A stretch of 64,000 nucleotides of DNA from Candidatus Doudnabacteria bacterium (GTDB lineage: Bacteria; Patescibacteriota; Doudnabacteria; UBA920): positions 11,330 through 75,329 of the forward strand of contig JARLHZ010000022.1 of NCBI GenBank assembly GCA_031291995.1, written 5' to 3'. The notes below the pieces were generated by a model. That model searched no databases. It was not told the origin of the DNA and saw only the letters and a program-made list of their open reading frames with translations. The number at the start of each line of letters is the position of its first letter. Position 1 is the first letter of the stretch. This document shows positions 1-8,683 of this stretch, in pieces. Made by a program: the position numbers and the translations under genes.

Positions 1-1
1 G

Positions 2-715
2 GTTTCCGGCAACAAGACCTATGATATCAAATTGGATCTAGGTACTGTCGGCACAGGAACGGGCACCGCGGGTAGCGACGTACGGGTAACCTTGGTATCT
101 TATACTGCCAATGGTTCTAACGGTACGCCGCACACGGGACCCTCCACTGGCTTTACCATCAACGGTTCCACTTCTGGTACAGCTCCTGGAAACCACATTT
201 ATGTTTACAACGCCGTCCCGTCCGTCACTTCTGCCGGCGGCAGCGGCACTTTGAGCACTGGTCAGCAGACTTTGTACACCTTCACAATTGGTGGCACCAA
301 TGTAACCTGGGATAAGATTGGCTTTAACGTCAATGTCGCCGGGTCTGGTGTATCAGTATCTACTACCACTTTGGGCGTGTATAACAGCTCTAACCAGTTA
401 GTTGCAAATGCCTGTTCTACGTACGATGGCAGCGGAAATACGTTCTGCACAGCCACCACCGAACAACCGACCGGCACCTTTACCTTAAAGGGTACTGTTG
501 CCGCCACCGGCGCTTTGACTGGTGCGTCTGTCAGCACTTACATTCCGATGTCCTCCAGCAGCCAGTCCAACGCGACTGCTTCTGCGCAGACCGGTTCATT
601 TGTCTGGTCAGATAACTCGGCTTCGGCCCATGATTTGACCACTTCCACCGACTGGTTCACGGACTACTTAGTCCAGAGCCTGCCGTTGACTTCTTACAGC
701 CTGACCCACAACTAA
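2..715 (+). CDS. C-terminal part of a large Ser/Thr/Gly-rich surface (S-layer-like) protein, 5'-truncated by the window edge
   Basis: Frame is open from position 2 (VSGNKTYDIKLD...). Beta-rich S/T/G composition; ends FVWSDNSASAH...DWFTDYLVQSLP; followed by a terminator. Confidence 0.7.
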   Translation, partial: VSGNKTYDIKLDLGTVGTGTGTAGSDVRVTLVSYTANGSNGTPHTGPSTGFTINGSTSGTAPGNHIYVYNAVPSVTSAGGSGTLSTGQQTLYTFTIGGTNVTWDKIGFNVNVAGSGVSVSTTTLGVYNSSNQLVANACSTYDGSGNTFCTATTEQPTGTFTLKGTVAATGALTGASVSTYIPMSSSSQSNATASAQTGSFVWSDNSASAHDLTTSTDWFTDYLVQSLPLTSYSLTHN

Positions 716-768
716 GGGTTTAGCTTTAGTGAATAAACTGCCTTAAGCCAGTTGGAAAAAGCTTAAGC

Positions 769-801
769 AAAAACCCCCGCTTCGCAAGAAGCGGGGGTTT
801 T
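769..801 (+). terminator. Rho-independent terminator
   Basis: AAAAACCCCCGCTTC-GCAA-GAAGCGGGGGTTTT. Confidence 0.85.
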
Positions 802-819
802 GTTTGCGGGTTAAGGCAA

Positions 820-866
820 AGTGTCAAAGGTGCTCTTTGCCAGTGGCAAAGAGCACCTTTGACACT
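820..866. repeat. REP-like doublet, family A (two inverted units)
   Basis: AGTGTCAAAGGTGCTCTTTGCCA-G-TGGCAAAGAGCACCTTTGACACT, perfect 23-bp arms. Confidence 0.9.
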
Positions 867-888
867 GGGAGCTGAATTGCGGCTGTGG

Positions 889-917
889 TTGATAAATAGG
901 GCCGCTGTTGGTATAAT
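889..917 (+). promoter_or_regulatory. sigma70-type promoter
   Basis: TTGATA-17 nt-TATAAT with an extended -10 TG. Confidence 0.6.
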
Positions 918-1011
918 TAGTATGTCAGATGAGGGCAAATTTACACCATATTTACCATTTCATCCGTATAAATATTACGGAATTAGAAACCAAAAAATTA
1001 ATTAAGCATTT

Positions 1012-3585
1012 ATGAACATCAAACAAAAGATTCCGCTTTTTTTGGCAGCGGTTATTGTATTTTTAATGGCTTTGGGCAATGTTCCGGCCGCCCGGGCGGC
1101 TACACCGGTTTTGTCGCTGGCCTTAAACAGCAATGGCAATACTGTCCAGGTTACTGTTAACGGAGATCCTAACGCCAGCGTGATTTTTTATTACACTAAG
1201 ACAAACGTTGGCGCTCAAACGGCTTATTTGGGTTTGACTAATGCTAGCGGCGTTTTTTCCACCAACATTGACACCTCCTCTTACGTAATTGTCGCAAACA
1301 GTACGGCTTATGTTACGGTCGGCGGAATAAACGGGCTAAAATCAAACACCGTAACCTGGCCAAACGTTTCGGCTTCGGGGAATTTTTATGTGAGCCCGAC
1401 CAGCGTCGCGTTGTCATCCGGACAAACGTCAAGCATTACGGCGTACAATCTCGGGTCCTCGTCAGTTTACATGTCCAATAATTCCAATCCGCCAATTGCC
1501 AACGTAAACATTAACGGCAGCCAGATTACGGTTACCGCCCTGGGTTACGGATCTACCGTAATTAACCTGTGTATTCAGGGCAATACCGCAAATTGCGCCA
1601 GCGTATATGTGACGGTGCAAAACGGCAATGTTCAGGCGCTGACTTTTAGCATCAGTAATGTTACCGTGTCTCCGGGGCAGAGCGTGCCGGTAACCATAAC
1701 CGGCGGTACCGGAGTTTATTCCGTGCAGAATAATTCCAACTCTTCAGTTATTCAGGCCAGCATAAGCGGCAACATTATTACCCTAACTACCACCGCCACT
1801 TCGGGTAGCGGGGCGATTACCGTTTGTTCCTCGGATATGGGTTCCTGCGGCATTATTAATGTTACGGCAAGCAGTGTCAGCTCCACGCCGCTGGTATTTA
1901 GCCCGTTAAACCCTGTGCTTTCCATCGGGCAGGTGATGACCGTCGCGTTATCCAACGGTTCAACCGGCACTTATTTTGTTTCCGCCAATTCAAATTCCAC
2001 GGCCGTAACTGCAAGCGTTAGCGGCAGCAGTTTGTTGTTGACGGGTCTAGCTAACGGTTCATCTAATATTACCGTCTGTTCTTCGGCCGGTTCATGCGGC
2101 ACGCTTCCCGTTACGGTTAGTTATACTTCCAACGGCGGCGTACTTCAGCTTAGCCAATCAACCGTATCGCTTTTGGTGGGACAGGTTTTGAGCATTACGG
2201 TTTCCGGCGGCACCACGCCTTATAATTTATATCCGGCCACCCAGGGCTCCATATTCCAAGCCAGTTTAAGCGGCAACATAGTTACTTTGTCCGGCATTAG
2301 CGCCGGCTCGGCAACGGTTAACGTCTGTACGGCCGGGGGGGCATGCCAACTTTTATCCGTAATTGTAAACAGCTCGGGTGCCGGTACTCCGGTAACATTC
2401 AGCCAGAATAATTTGTCTATAAATGTGGGAGCCGTAACGGCCGTTGCCCTTTCCGGCGGCGGCGGGTATTACGTTTCCAACAGCTCCAACTCCAACGTGG
2501 CTTCGGTGCAGATTTCCGGAAGCGTGGCCGCGGTAACCGGCCTGGCAGCGGGAAGTACCAATATTTCCGTGTGCCAAAGCGGCGGGCAGTGCGCGATTTT
2601 GTTTGTTACCGTAACAAGCGGTTCTACGAGCGCTTTAATTCCCTCATTCAGCGCGGCTAATCCGACCATAGCGGTCGGGCAAACTTCCAGCGTAACGGTT
2701 TCCGGCGGTGCCGGGTCGAATTATTACATTTCGGCAAATTCCAATCCGAACGTTGCCAGTCTGAGCGTTTCGGGAAACGCTTTGCTGATTACCGGTTTGG
2801 CCCAGGGTTCCTCTTCGGTCGCGGTCTGCGCCACCGCAAACAGCTGCGGCGTATTGACGGTTACGGTCAGCGGAACCGCCCCGGCTTCAACTCCAATCAG
2901 TTTTGCCTCAGCCGCTTTGTCGGCGGCAACTACGGGACAGGCTTATAATTACCAGTTGCAGGCATCGGGCGGAAGCGGCAGTTTGGTTTATTCGGTTACC
3001 TCTGGAAATTTACCGGCGGGTCTGGTACTTTCCACCAGCGGGCTAATTTCCGGGACGACTAACGCCACGGGCATTAGCAATTTTACCGTAAAAGTTACCG
3101 ACGGTTCGGGGCAAACGGCTTCGGCTAGTTTTAATATTACGGGTGCTTTACCCTCCGCTCCTTCCGGGGTGGTTGTTCCCACGTCAACGCCTGTTAGTGC
3201 GGGAAATTTTTCCAGCGGGGAATTAATAAATGAAGGCGGAACTATTTATATTGTTTATCAAAACACCAAAGTCGGATTTGCGAACGCACCGGCATTTTTG
3301 GGGCTGGGTTTTAGTTTTGATAACGTGACGAATACGGACAATTCCGGGTTGGCCCTTTCCGATAAGGTTGTTGTTACAGCCGATGGCGCGCATCCCCGGG
3401 GCACATGGGTAATTAGCGGCCAGACCGTTTATTTTCTAACTCCGGCCGGACTGATACCGGTTTCGGACTGGAATACGTTTTTGGGCAACGGCGGCCAGGC
3501 CAGTTATATTGTTAAAGCCAACAGTTATGATATGGCGTTTAAACAGCTTCCGCTAATGACAGCCAATGACAGCCGGGTAAAATAG
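1012..3585 (+). CDS. Secreted surface protein with six Cys-paired Ig-like repeats, a putative Ig (He_PIG-like) domain and a C-terminal duplicated anchor-like domain
   Basis: Signal peptide (..PAARAA). Six ~85-aa repeats ending xCxxxxx(x)CxxhxVTV. He_PIG-like YQLQASGG...GNLPAGLVLSTSGLISGT. C-terminal GELINEGGTIY / HPRGTWVISGQTVY. Confidence 0.8.
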   Translation: MNIKQKIPLFLAAVIVFLMALGNVPAARAATPVLSLALNSNGNTVQVTVNGDPNASVIFYYTKTNVGAQTAYLGLTNASGVFSTNIDTSSYVIVANSTAYVTVGGINGLKSNTVTWPNVSASGNFYVSPTSVALSSGQTSSITAYNLGSSSVYMSNNSNPPIANVNINGSQITVTALGYGSTVINLCIQGNTANCASVYVTVQNGNVQALTFSISNVTVSPGQSVPVTITGGTGVYSVQNNSNSSVIQASISGNIITLTTTATSGSGAITVCSSDMGSCGIINVTASSVSSTPLVFSPLNPVLSIGQVMTVALSNGSTGTYFVSANSNSTAVTASVSGSSLLLTGLANGSSNITVCSSAGSCGTLPVTVSYTSNGGVLQLSQSTVSLLVGQVLSITVSGGTTPYNLYPATQGSIFQASLSGNIVTLSGISAGSATVNVCTAGGACQLLSVIVNSSGAGTPVTFSQNNLSINVGAVTAVALSGGGGYYVSNSSNSNVASVQISGSVAAVTGLAAGSTNISVCQSGGQCAILFVTVTSGSTSALIPSFSAANPTIAVGQTSSVTVSGGAGSNYYISANSNPNVASLSVSGNALLITGLAQGSSSVAVCATANSCGVLTVTVSGTAPASTPISFASAALSAATTGQAYNYQLQASGGSGSLVYSVTSGNLPAGLVLSTSGLISGTTNATGISNFTVKVTDGSGQTASASFNITGALPSAPSGVVVPTSTPVSAGNFSSGELINEGGTIYIVYQNTKVGFANAPAFLGLGFSFDNVTNTDNSGLALSDKVVVTADGAHPRGTWVISGQTVYFLTPAGLIPVSDWNTFLGNGGQASYIVKANSYDMAFKQLPLMTANDSRVK

Positions 3586-3614
3586 GTAATAAATTGCCAA
3601 TACTGTCTTAAGCC

Positions 3615-3640
3615 TTTCGACTTCGCTCAAGACGAGCGAC
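3615..3640. repeat. Small element (TTTCGACTTCGCTCAAGAC type) inserted in the 3' UTR
   Basis: 26 nt absent from the paralogous spacer at 738-770. Confidence 0.6.
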
Positions 3641-3658
3641 AGTTGCAAAAACTTAAGC

Positions 3659-3718
3659 CGCCTGCCGGATGGCAGGCCAGCCTGCCTGGAAGGCAGGCCC
3701 GCCTGCCGATGAGGCAGG
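3659..3718. repeat. Three tandem CCTGCC-N4/5-GGCAGG mini-hairpins
   Basis: CGCCTGCC-GGAT-GGCAGG, CCAGCCTGCC-TGGAA-GGCAGG, CCCGCCTGCC-GATGA-GGCAGG. Confidence 0.85.
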
Positions 3719-3759
3719 AAAACGCCCCGCCCCTTCGCAAGAATGGGCGGGGTTGTTTT
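3719..3759 (+). terminator. Rho-independent terminator, paralogous to 769-801
   Basis: CCCCGCCC-CTTCGCAAGAAT-GGGCGGGG followed by TTGTTTT; same CTTCGCAAGAA core. Confidence 0.8.
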
Positions 3760-3769
3760 ATAGAAGCAG

Positions 3770-3793
3770 AGTGGCAAAGGTGCTCTTTGCCAC
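3770..3793. repeat. REP-like singlet, family A
   Basis: AGTGGCAAAG-GTGCT-CTTTGCCAC. Confidence 0.9.
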
Positions 3794-3809
3794 GCTTTAA
3801 ATCCGTTGT

Positions 3810-3838
3810 TTGACTTAAGGGTAATTAATGGCTAAAAT
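3810..3838 (+). promoter_or_regulatory. hicBA promoter, probably leaderless
   Basis: TTGACT-17-TAAAAT, with ATG 6 nt downstream. Confidence 0.65.
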
Positions 3839-3844
3839 TAGATT

Positions 3845-4105
3845 ATGAAAACTTTCCGATACAATTTAGTTTTTCAATCCGAACCGGAAGGCGGGTTTAC
3901 AGTAATTGTTCCGGCCCTGCCGGGGTGCGTTAGCTATGGAAAAAATTTAAAGCAGGCCAAAGCCATGGCTCAGGACGCCATTACCGGCTATCTGCAAAGT
4001 TTGCGTAAACACGGCAAAAATATTCCAAACGATAACGACAGTTTTATAACAGTTACGGAAGTCAGTTTGGAGGAGAATAAATTTAAAAAAATCTCTTATG
4101 CCTAA
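3845..4105 (+). CDS. hicB: HicB-family antitoxin (short, no evident DNA-binding C-domain)
   Basis: EPEGGFTVIVPALPGCVSYG..LKQAKAMAQDAI motif. Confidence 0.9.
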   Translation: MKTFRYNLVFQSEPEGGFTVIVPALPGCVSYGKNLKQAKAMAQDAITGYLQSLRKHGKNIPNDNDSFITVTEVSLEENKFKKISYA

Positions 4106-4313
4106 GCTCCCGGTTTTGACGGCAAGGAGAATTATCAAACTTCTTAAACGCAACGGTTTTATTCTTGATCACGCAACTGGCGCCCACTATATTTTTTATA
4201 ACGCTGCCCGTGACCGCCATGTGACGGTTCCTTATCATGCCAAGGATTTGCCAAAAGGGACACTGCTTTCCATCCTTGACCAAGCCGGGTTGGACAGAAA
4301 AGACATAATATAA
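4098..4313 (+). CDS. hicA: HicA-family mRNA interferase toxin
   Basis: IIKLLKRNGF...GAHYIF...VTVPYH..DLPKGTLLSILDQAG; overlaps the hicB stop. Confidence 0.9.
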   Translation: MPKLPVLTARRIIKLLKRNGFILDHATGAHYIFYNAARDRHVTVPYHAKDLPKGTLLSILDQAGLDRKDII

Positions 4314-4630
4314 GCCAAAAGAGCAGAGTTATACTGCAATGGCCATTATTTTATTTTTTAGTCCAAAGTTACCACAAAATCCCTGTCACTTTAGAAGCTC
4401 TCCTGGCAAAAATGAAGGCCGAGGATAAGCAGAAAACCGTTTCTGTAGAACGCTTTGAGATGCTGGAAAAATGGGCTGTGTTGGTCGGTAAAAAATTGGC
4501 ATTGAGCTGGAATTGTAAAATTTAAAGAAAATCTGTGTAAAACTTTTGTAAATATGGGGAATTTATATATTTTTCCTTTATTTACAGAAGTTTTTTATTT
4601 AATTACTATAACCCTATGAGTAATTTAATT

Positions 4631-4656
4631 GCCGCCCCCTCCGGGCGGTTTTTGTT
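4631..4656 (+). terminator. Probable terminator
   Basis: GCCGCCC-CCTCC-GGGCGG-TTTTTGTT. Confidence 0.6.
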
Positions 4657-4726
4657 CGGTAATACGTAAAAATATAAATTATGTATACTTTAAGAAGGTG
4701 TAAAAATTAATCCCAAAGGGAAAAAC

Positions 4727-5047
4727 ATGACAAAAACACAAAAGGTTTGGTTAGGGCTTTTTATAGCAATAGTATTAGTTCCGGAAATTTTTTTGCAAAG
4801 TACGACACGCCTAATTCACGGAGTTTTTACACTCCAAGATATTGCCTTAGGCCACAAATATACAATAGTTCTTGTCCAAGCCGTCGCCTCGTTAATTTCC
4901 GCGGGTTTGCTATTTAGTTTAAGAAAGAACTTTCAACGTAAATGGCTGTGCTATTTATTGGTCGGTTTTTTTATACTATGGGCAATTGTGGGTTACTTGT
5001 CATATGATACGGCACTACACGCTGTCGTTGAATTTAGGGGTTTTTAA
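4727..5047 (+). CDS. Small hypothetical membrane protein (about 3 TM)
   Basis: Three hydrophobic segments; directly upstream of the lipase-like gene. Confidence 0.7.
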   Translation: MTKTQKVWLGLFIAIVLVPEIFLQSTTRLIHGVFTLQDIALGHKYTIVLVQAVASLISAGLLFSLRKNFQRKWLCYLLVGFFILWAIVGYLSYDTALHAVVEFRGF

Positions 5048-5064
5048 AATATAACTGCTTGCTT

Positions 5065-7938
5065 ATGAAAAAAATATTATTTTGGTTGATTGTAATAATG
5101 CTTGTAACACCCGTATTTTCTTTTGCTGACTCAGGCGATGGCGGCGGTGGTAATCCACCGCAACCTTTTGAAGGGAACTGCGGATTTAATTATTGGTTAA
5201 GCAATGACGATAATATTTTTCAGGATTTCCATAGTCAGGAATATGTTAACGGACTATTAGAAATACATTTAATGTTCAACAGTACTACCGAAGGCTACAA
5301 TAATATTAACCACTATTTGGTTTTATATGACTCCGATTGCAATAAATATTTTTATTATGCGGATTTCGCGCAAGACCCGTCGTTAAATATTCCACCAAAT
5401 ACCAGCGGGGTTAGTTTGCGTTTTACGAGCCCAACACATTTTCAAGTTTGGGATGACGATCTTAATCAGCGCTTAGATTGCGACCAATGCGATGTTGATT
5501 TAAGTTCTTATGGTTTCCCTTCCGGCCTCCGCGCGTCTTTCCATCTTCAATTAAACGATTATGATAATAATAAGTACGATTGGGACTTTTCCGAAGGATT
5601 TCCGGTTCAGGAGCCGGTAACTGATCAAAAAACTCCGGTTTTAATAGTTCCCGGAATTTTAGGGACGAAAATAGTCAAACAAAGCGAGGTTTTGTGGCCG
5701 GATGTCGTGCGGATGGCGGCACCTTTAGGGGATGACAGTTTTATGGATCCTTTAATTTTAAACCCGGACGGTTCACCGTTGGATACAAGCGTTGCCATGC
5801 CGGACATTTTAAGGGAACCTTATCCAGGTGAGCATTTTTATGACGGGATAATTCAGTCGTTTATAGACCAGGGTTACGTAGAAAATAAAGATCTGTTTGT
5901 ATTTCCTTATGACTGGCGACAGGATATTTTCAAGACGGCTTATAATGAAGAGGAACAGGGTTTATCGTTAGACAAAAGAACCGACCTTGCGGGCAAAATA
6001 GATCAAATTTTGTCGAATACCGGAGCTGATAAAGTGGATATTATCGCTCATAGTCAGGGAGGTCTTGTTACTAAGCGCTTACTATTTGAGAAACCCTCAT
6101 ATCAGGATAAAATCCGCAAATTAGTTTTAGTAGGGGTTCCAAACTTTGGATCACCTCAAACCGCAAAGACTTTATTATATGGTGATAATATGGGAATAAT
6201 TTTCAAAAAGAACGGTATAAACCTAGGCCAACTAAACCCCGAAGAGTTAAAAAAAATGGGCCTGAATATGCCCTCGGCGTACGAATTATTGCCCAGTCCT
6301 TCTTATTTTCTCCATGAACCGCTTGGCTATATTTACGATTATTATCAATTTTACTTAAATACTTATCAGAAAAGCGCAAATTATTTAAAACAAAATAATT
6401 TAAACGGCCTTCTTATTGATAACGCCACAATTTTCCACGATTATAATTATGATAATTTTGATTTTAGTAAAACAGGAATTGAAACTTTTAACATAGTAGG
6501 TTGTGAGCAGGGGACGCTTGGCACATTGGTAACCAAAGCCAATGCAGATCAGCCGGGCTTATGGTTTACAGCCGGAGACGGTACGGTTCCTTTTAATTCC
6601 GCAAATCAGGCTAAAGGAGCAACAAGTTATTATATTCGGGGGGCAGTAGAGCATTCAAAAATGTTGAGTGATGCAAGTATTATGCCTTTAGCAACCGACT
6701 TGATAACAGGAGTTATTTTGCCGGCACCAGCTAATGTTGTCACAGATTCGTCCCAATGCCATTTCGATGGGACTGAAGTTTCCGTTCATAGCCCAGTCGA
6801 CTTAGATATTTATGATGAACATAACAATCATGTAGGTGTATCTAATAATGACAATAGTCCCTTTGTGGATTTGGGAGTTCCGGGGGCGCAATATGAAGAA
6901 ATAGGCCACAACAAGTTTGCTTTTTTACCGGCGGGACATACTTATAAGGTTCAGCTTAACGCGACCGGTGCGGGAAGTTTTAGTTTAGATTCTTCACAAA
7001 TTCAAAACGGGGGAGTGGTAGGAACCACACATTATGATTCAGTAAATATTACCGCCAGTTCAAAAGCGGAAGTAGATTTAACTTCGGGAAATAACCAGCC
7101 AATTAAACTTGATCTTAACGGCGACGGAACCGTTGACCAGACCATTCAGCCATCGTCCGTTCTTAATGCTGACCAGTCGCAGGATTTAGTCCCGCCGGTT
7201 TCTACTTCCACCATTGCGGGGATTATGGGGCAGGAGGGGTTTTATCGGAGTAATGCTACGGTTACATTGGTGGCCATTGACCCGCTTTTAGCCGGGCAGG
7301 AGAGCCAGACATCGGGAATTTTAAATATCCGCTATAGCCTGGACAACAGCGCGACCACAACTTACCAGAGTCCTGTAATTGTAACTGCCGAAGGGCCGCA
7401 TAGCATCAGTTTTTTTGCCACGGACAAAGCCGGGAATAACGAACCGGCGCAAACCGTCAGCTTTACCGTGGACAAGACCGCGCCGGAGGCAGTCATCCAG
7501 TTCAGCCCCAGCCTTAAAGACATCCAGTTTACCGGCAGCGACAATATTTCCACCACTTCCAAGGTCGCCGTACTGGACAAGGTTAACGATATTTTGTTAA
7601 CCGACCAGGCCGGCAACGTTACGGAAATAAAATTAAAAGAAAAAAACCGCAAAGCCAGTATGCAGTCCACCATCCAGTCGTTAAGCTACAACGGCACGGC
7701 TCAGGATGTCAGCAAGAACACCCTGGCGTTTGTTTGGCAATATGACAAAAAGAATAACCTAACCAAACTTACCCAAAACGTGGCCGCCAAAAAAACCTAT
7801 TATATTTTGGCCGTTTACAACGGCAAAAAAACCACCCTGGCCGGCCTCGACAAATCCGGCATAATTCTAAAATCTATTCCCGGTCTATCCCTGCTAAAAG
7901 TCACCACCAACAAAGGCGACTTGGGCTGGTCAATTTAA
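5065..7938 (+). CDS. Secreted LCAT/PGAP1-like alpha/beta-hydrolase (lipase/phospholipase) with C-terminal Ig-like domains
   Basis: Signal peptide MKKILFW..SFA. Motifs PVLIVPGILGT, FPYDWRQ, nucleophile elbow AHSQGG, GVPNFGSP, GDGTVP, VEHSKM. C-terminal EGPHSISFFATDKAGNNE..VDKTAPE. Confidence 0.85.
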   Translation: MKKILFWLIVIMLVTPVFSFADSGDGGGGNPPQPFEGNCGFNYWLSNDDNIFQDFHSQEYVNGLLEIHLMFNSTTEGYNNINHYLVLYDSDCNKYFYYADFAQDPSLNIPPNTSGVSLRFTSPTHFQVWDDDLNQRLDCDQCDVDLSSYGFPSGLRASFHLQLNDYDNNKYDWDFSEGFPVQEPVTDQKTPVLIVPGILGTKIVKQSEVLWPDVVRMAAPLGDDSFMDPLILNPDGSPLDTSVAMPDILREPYPGEHFYDGIIQSFIDQGYVENKDLFVFPYDWRQDIFKTAYNEEEQGLSLDKRTDLAGKIDQILSNTGADKVDIIAHSQGGLVTKRLLFEKPSYQDKIRKLVLVGVPNFGSPQTAKTLLYGDNMGIIFKKNGINLGQLNPEELKKMGLNMPSAYELLPSPSYFLHEPLGYIYDYYQFYLNTYQKSANYLKQNNLNGLLIDNATIFHDYNYDNFDFSKTGIETFNIVGCEQGTLGTLVTKANADQPGLWFTAGDGTVPFNSANQAKGATSYYIRGAVEHSKMLSDASIMPLATDLITGVILPAPANVVTDSSQCHFDGTEVSVHSPVDLDIYDEHNNHVGVSNNDNSPFVDLGVPGAQYEEIGHNKFAFLPAGHTYKVQLNATGAGSFSLDSSQIQNGGVVGTTHYDSVNITASSKAEVDLTSGNNQPIKLDLNGDGTVDQTIQPSSVLNADQSQDLVPPVSTSTIAGIMGQEGFYRSNATVTLVAIDPLLAGQESQTSGILNIRYSLDNSATTTYQSPVIVTAEGPHSISFFATDKAGNNEPAQTVSFTVDKTAPEAVIQFSPSLKDIQFTGSDNISTTSKVAVLDKVNDILLTDQAGNVTEIKLKEKNRKASMQSTIQSLSYNGTAQDVSKNTLAFVWQYDKKNNLTKLTQNVAAKKTYYILAVYNGKKTTLAGLDKSGIILKSIPGLSLLKVTTNKGDLGWSI

Positions 7939-7949
7939 TCCAATTCGGC

Positions 7950-7974
7950 AGTGCCAAAGGTGCTCTTTGCCACT
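7950..7974. repeat. REP-like singlet, family A, 5' of the RAYT gene
   Basis: AGTGCCAAAG-GTGCT-CTTTGCCACT. Confidence 0.9.
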
Positions 7975-7996
7975 ATACTAAATAAGCGGATAGTTA

Positions 7997-8614
7997 ATGA
8001 ACTCAAGGGATTATAAAATCCTCCGGCCCGGAAATTATTATCATATTTTTAATCGGGGGAATAATAAAGAAAAAGTTTTCCTTGATAGCCAGGATTACGG
8101 GGTCTTTTTGATACGTTTAAAAATGGCTTTGGGCTTGTTGCAACTTAGCTTTAACAAGAATAGCCGTGTTCGCATTAGGCCATTGCCCCAAGGATCTTTT
8201 ACCATAATTTGTTACTGTTTAATGCCCAATCATTATCATTTTTTGATAAGGCAAAATTCCGGTATTGGAATAGACAAGCTAATTGCGAAAGTCTGTACCA
8301 GCTATGCAAAATATTTTAATTTAAAGTACGGACATATTGGTAATGTCTTTCAAGATCGTTTTAAATCAAAATTAGTAGATAGTGACTCTTATCTTACCTA
8401 CCTATCCGCCTACATTCACAACAATCCGGATCAACCGCTGGATTGGGAATATTCCAGCTTTCGCGACTATCTTGGCTTAAGACAAGGTCAGATTTGCGAT
8501 AAAACCTTTTTGCTGGGAATGTTTAATAATCGTCCCGACGATTATAGAAAATTTGTGTTGGATTTTTCCGAAGAAGGAGCAGCTAAGATTAAAGATTTGC
8601 TATTTGAAGAATAA
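7997..8614 (+). CDS. rayT: REP-associated HUH tyrosine transposase (RAYT/TnpA-REP, Y1_Tnp family)
   Basis: YYHIFNRGNNK, YCLMPNHYHFL (HUH), YAKYFNLKY..GNVFQDRF, YIHNNP (catalytic Tyr), WEYSS; flanked on both sides by palindromes. Confidence 0.92.
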   Translation: MNSRDYKILRPGNYYHIFNRGNNKEKVFLDSQDYGVFLIRLKMALGLLQLSFNKNSRVRIRPLPQGSFTIICYCLMPNHYHFLIRQNSGIGIDKLIAKVCTSYAKYFNLKYGHIGNVFQDRFKSKLVDSDSYLTYLSAYIHNNPDQPLDWEYSSFRDYLGLRQGQICDKTFLLGMFNNRPDDYRKFVLDFSEEGAAKIKDLLFEE

Positions 8615-8619
8615 TTGGA

Positions 8620-8671
8620 AGTGTCAAAGGTGCTCTTTGCCACAGCTGTGGCAAAGAGCACCTTTGACACT
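8620..8671. repeat. REP-like doublet, family A, 3' of the RAYT gene
   Basis: Perfect 52-bp palindrome AGTGTCAAAGGTGCTCTTTGCCACAG|CTGTGGCAAAGAGCACCTTTGACACT. Confidence 0.95.
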
Positions 8672-8683
8672 ATCATGCATCTG

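Noticed and set aside
3553-3777. Minus-strand 74-aa ORF with RQAGLP repeats
   Set aside because: It is a translation of the hairpin repeats and terminator, not a plausible gene.
7997-8614. IS200/IS605 insertion sequence
   Set aside because: There is no tnpB. The protein length and motifs (NRG, YIHNNP, WxYSS) and the dispersed palindromes fit a RAYT better.
820-8671. Family-A repeats as a CRISPR array or integron attC sites
   Set aside because: Spacing is kilobases and irregular, copies are inverted, and there is no cas or intI gene and no RYYYAAC/GTTRRRY core.
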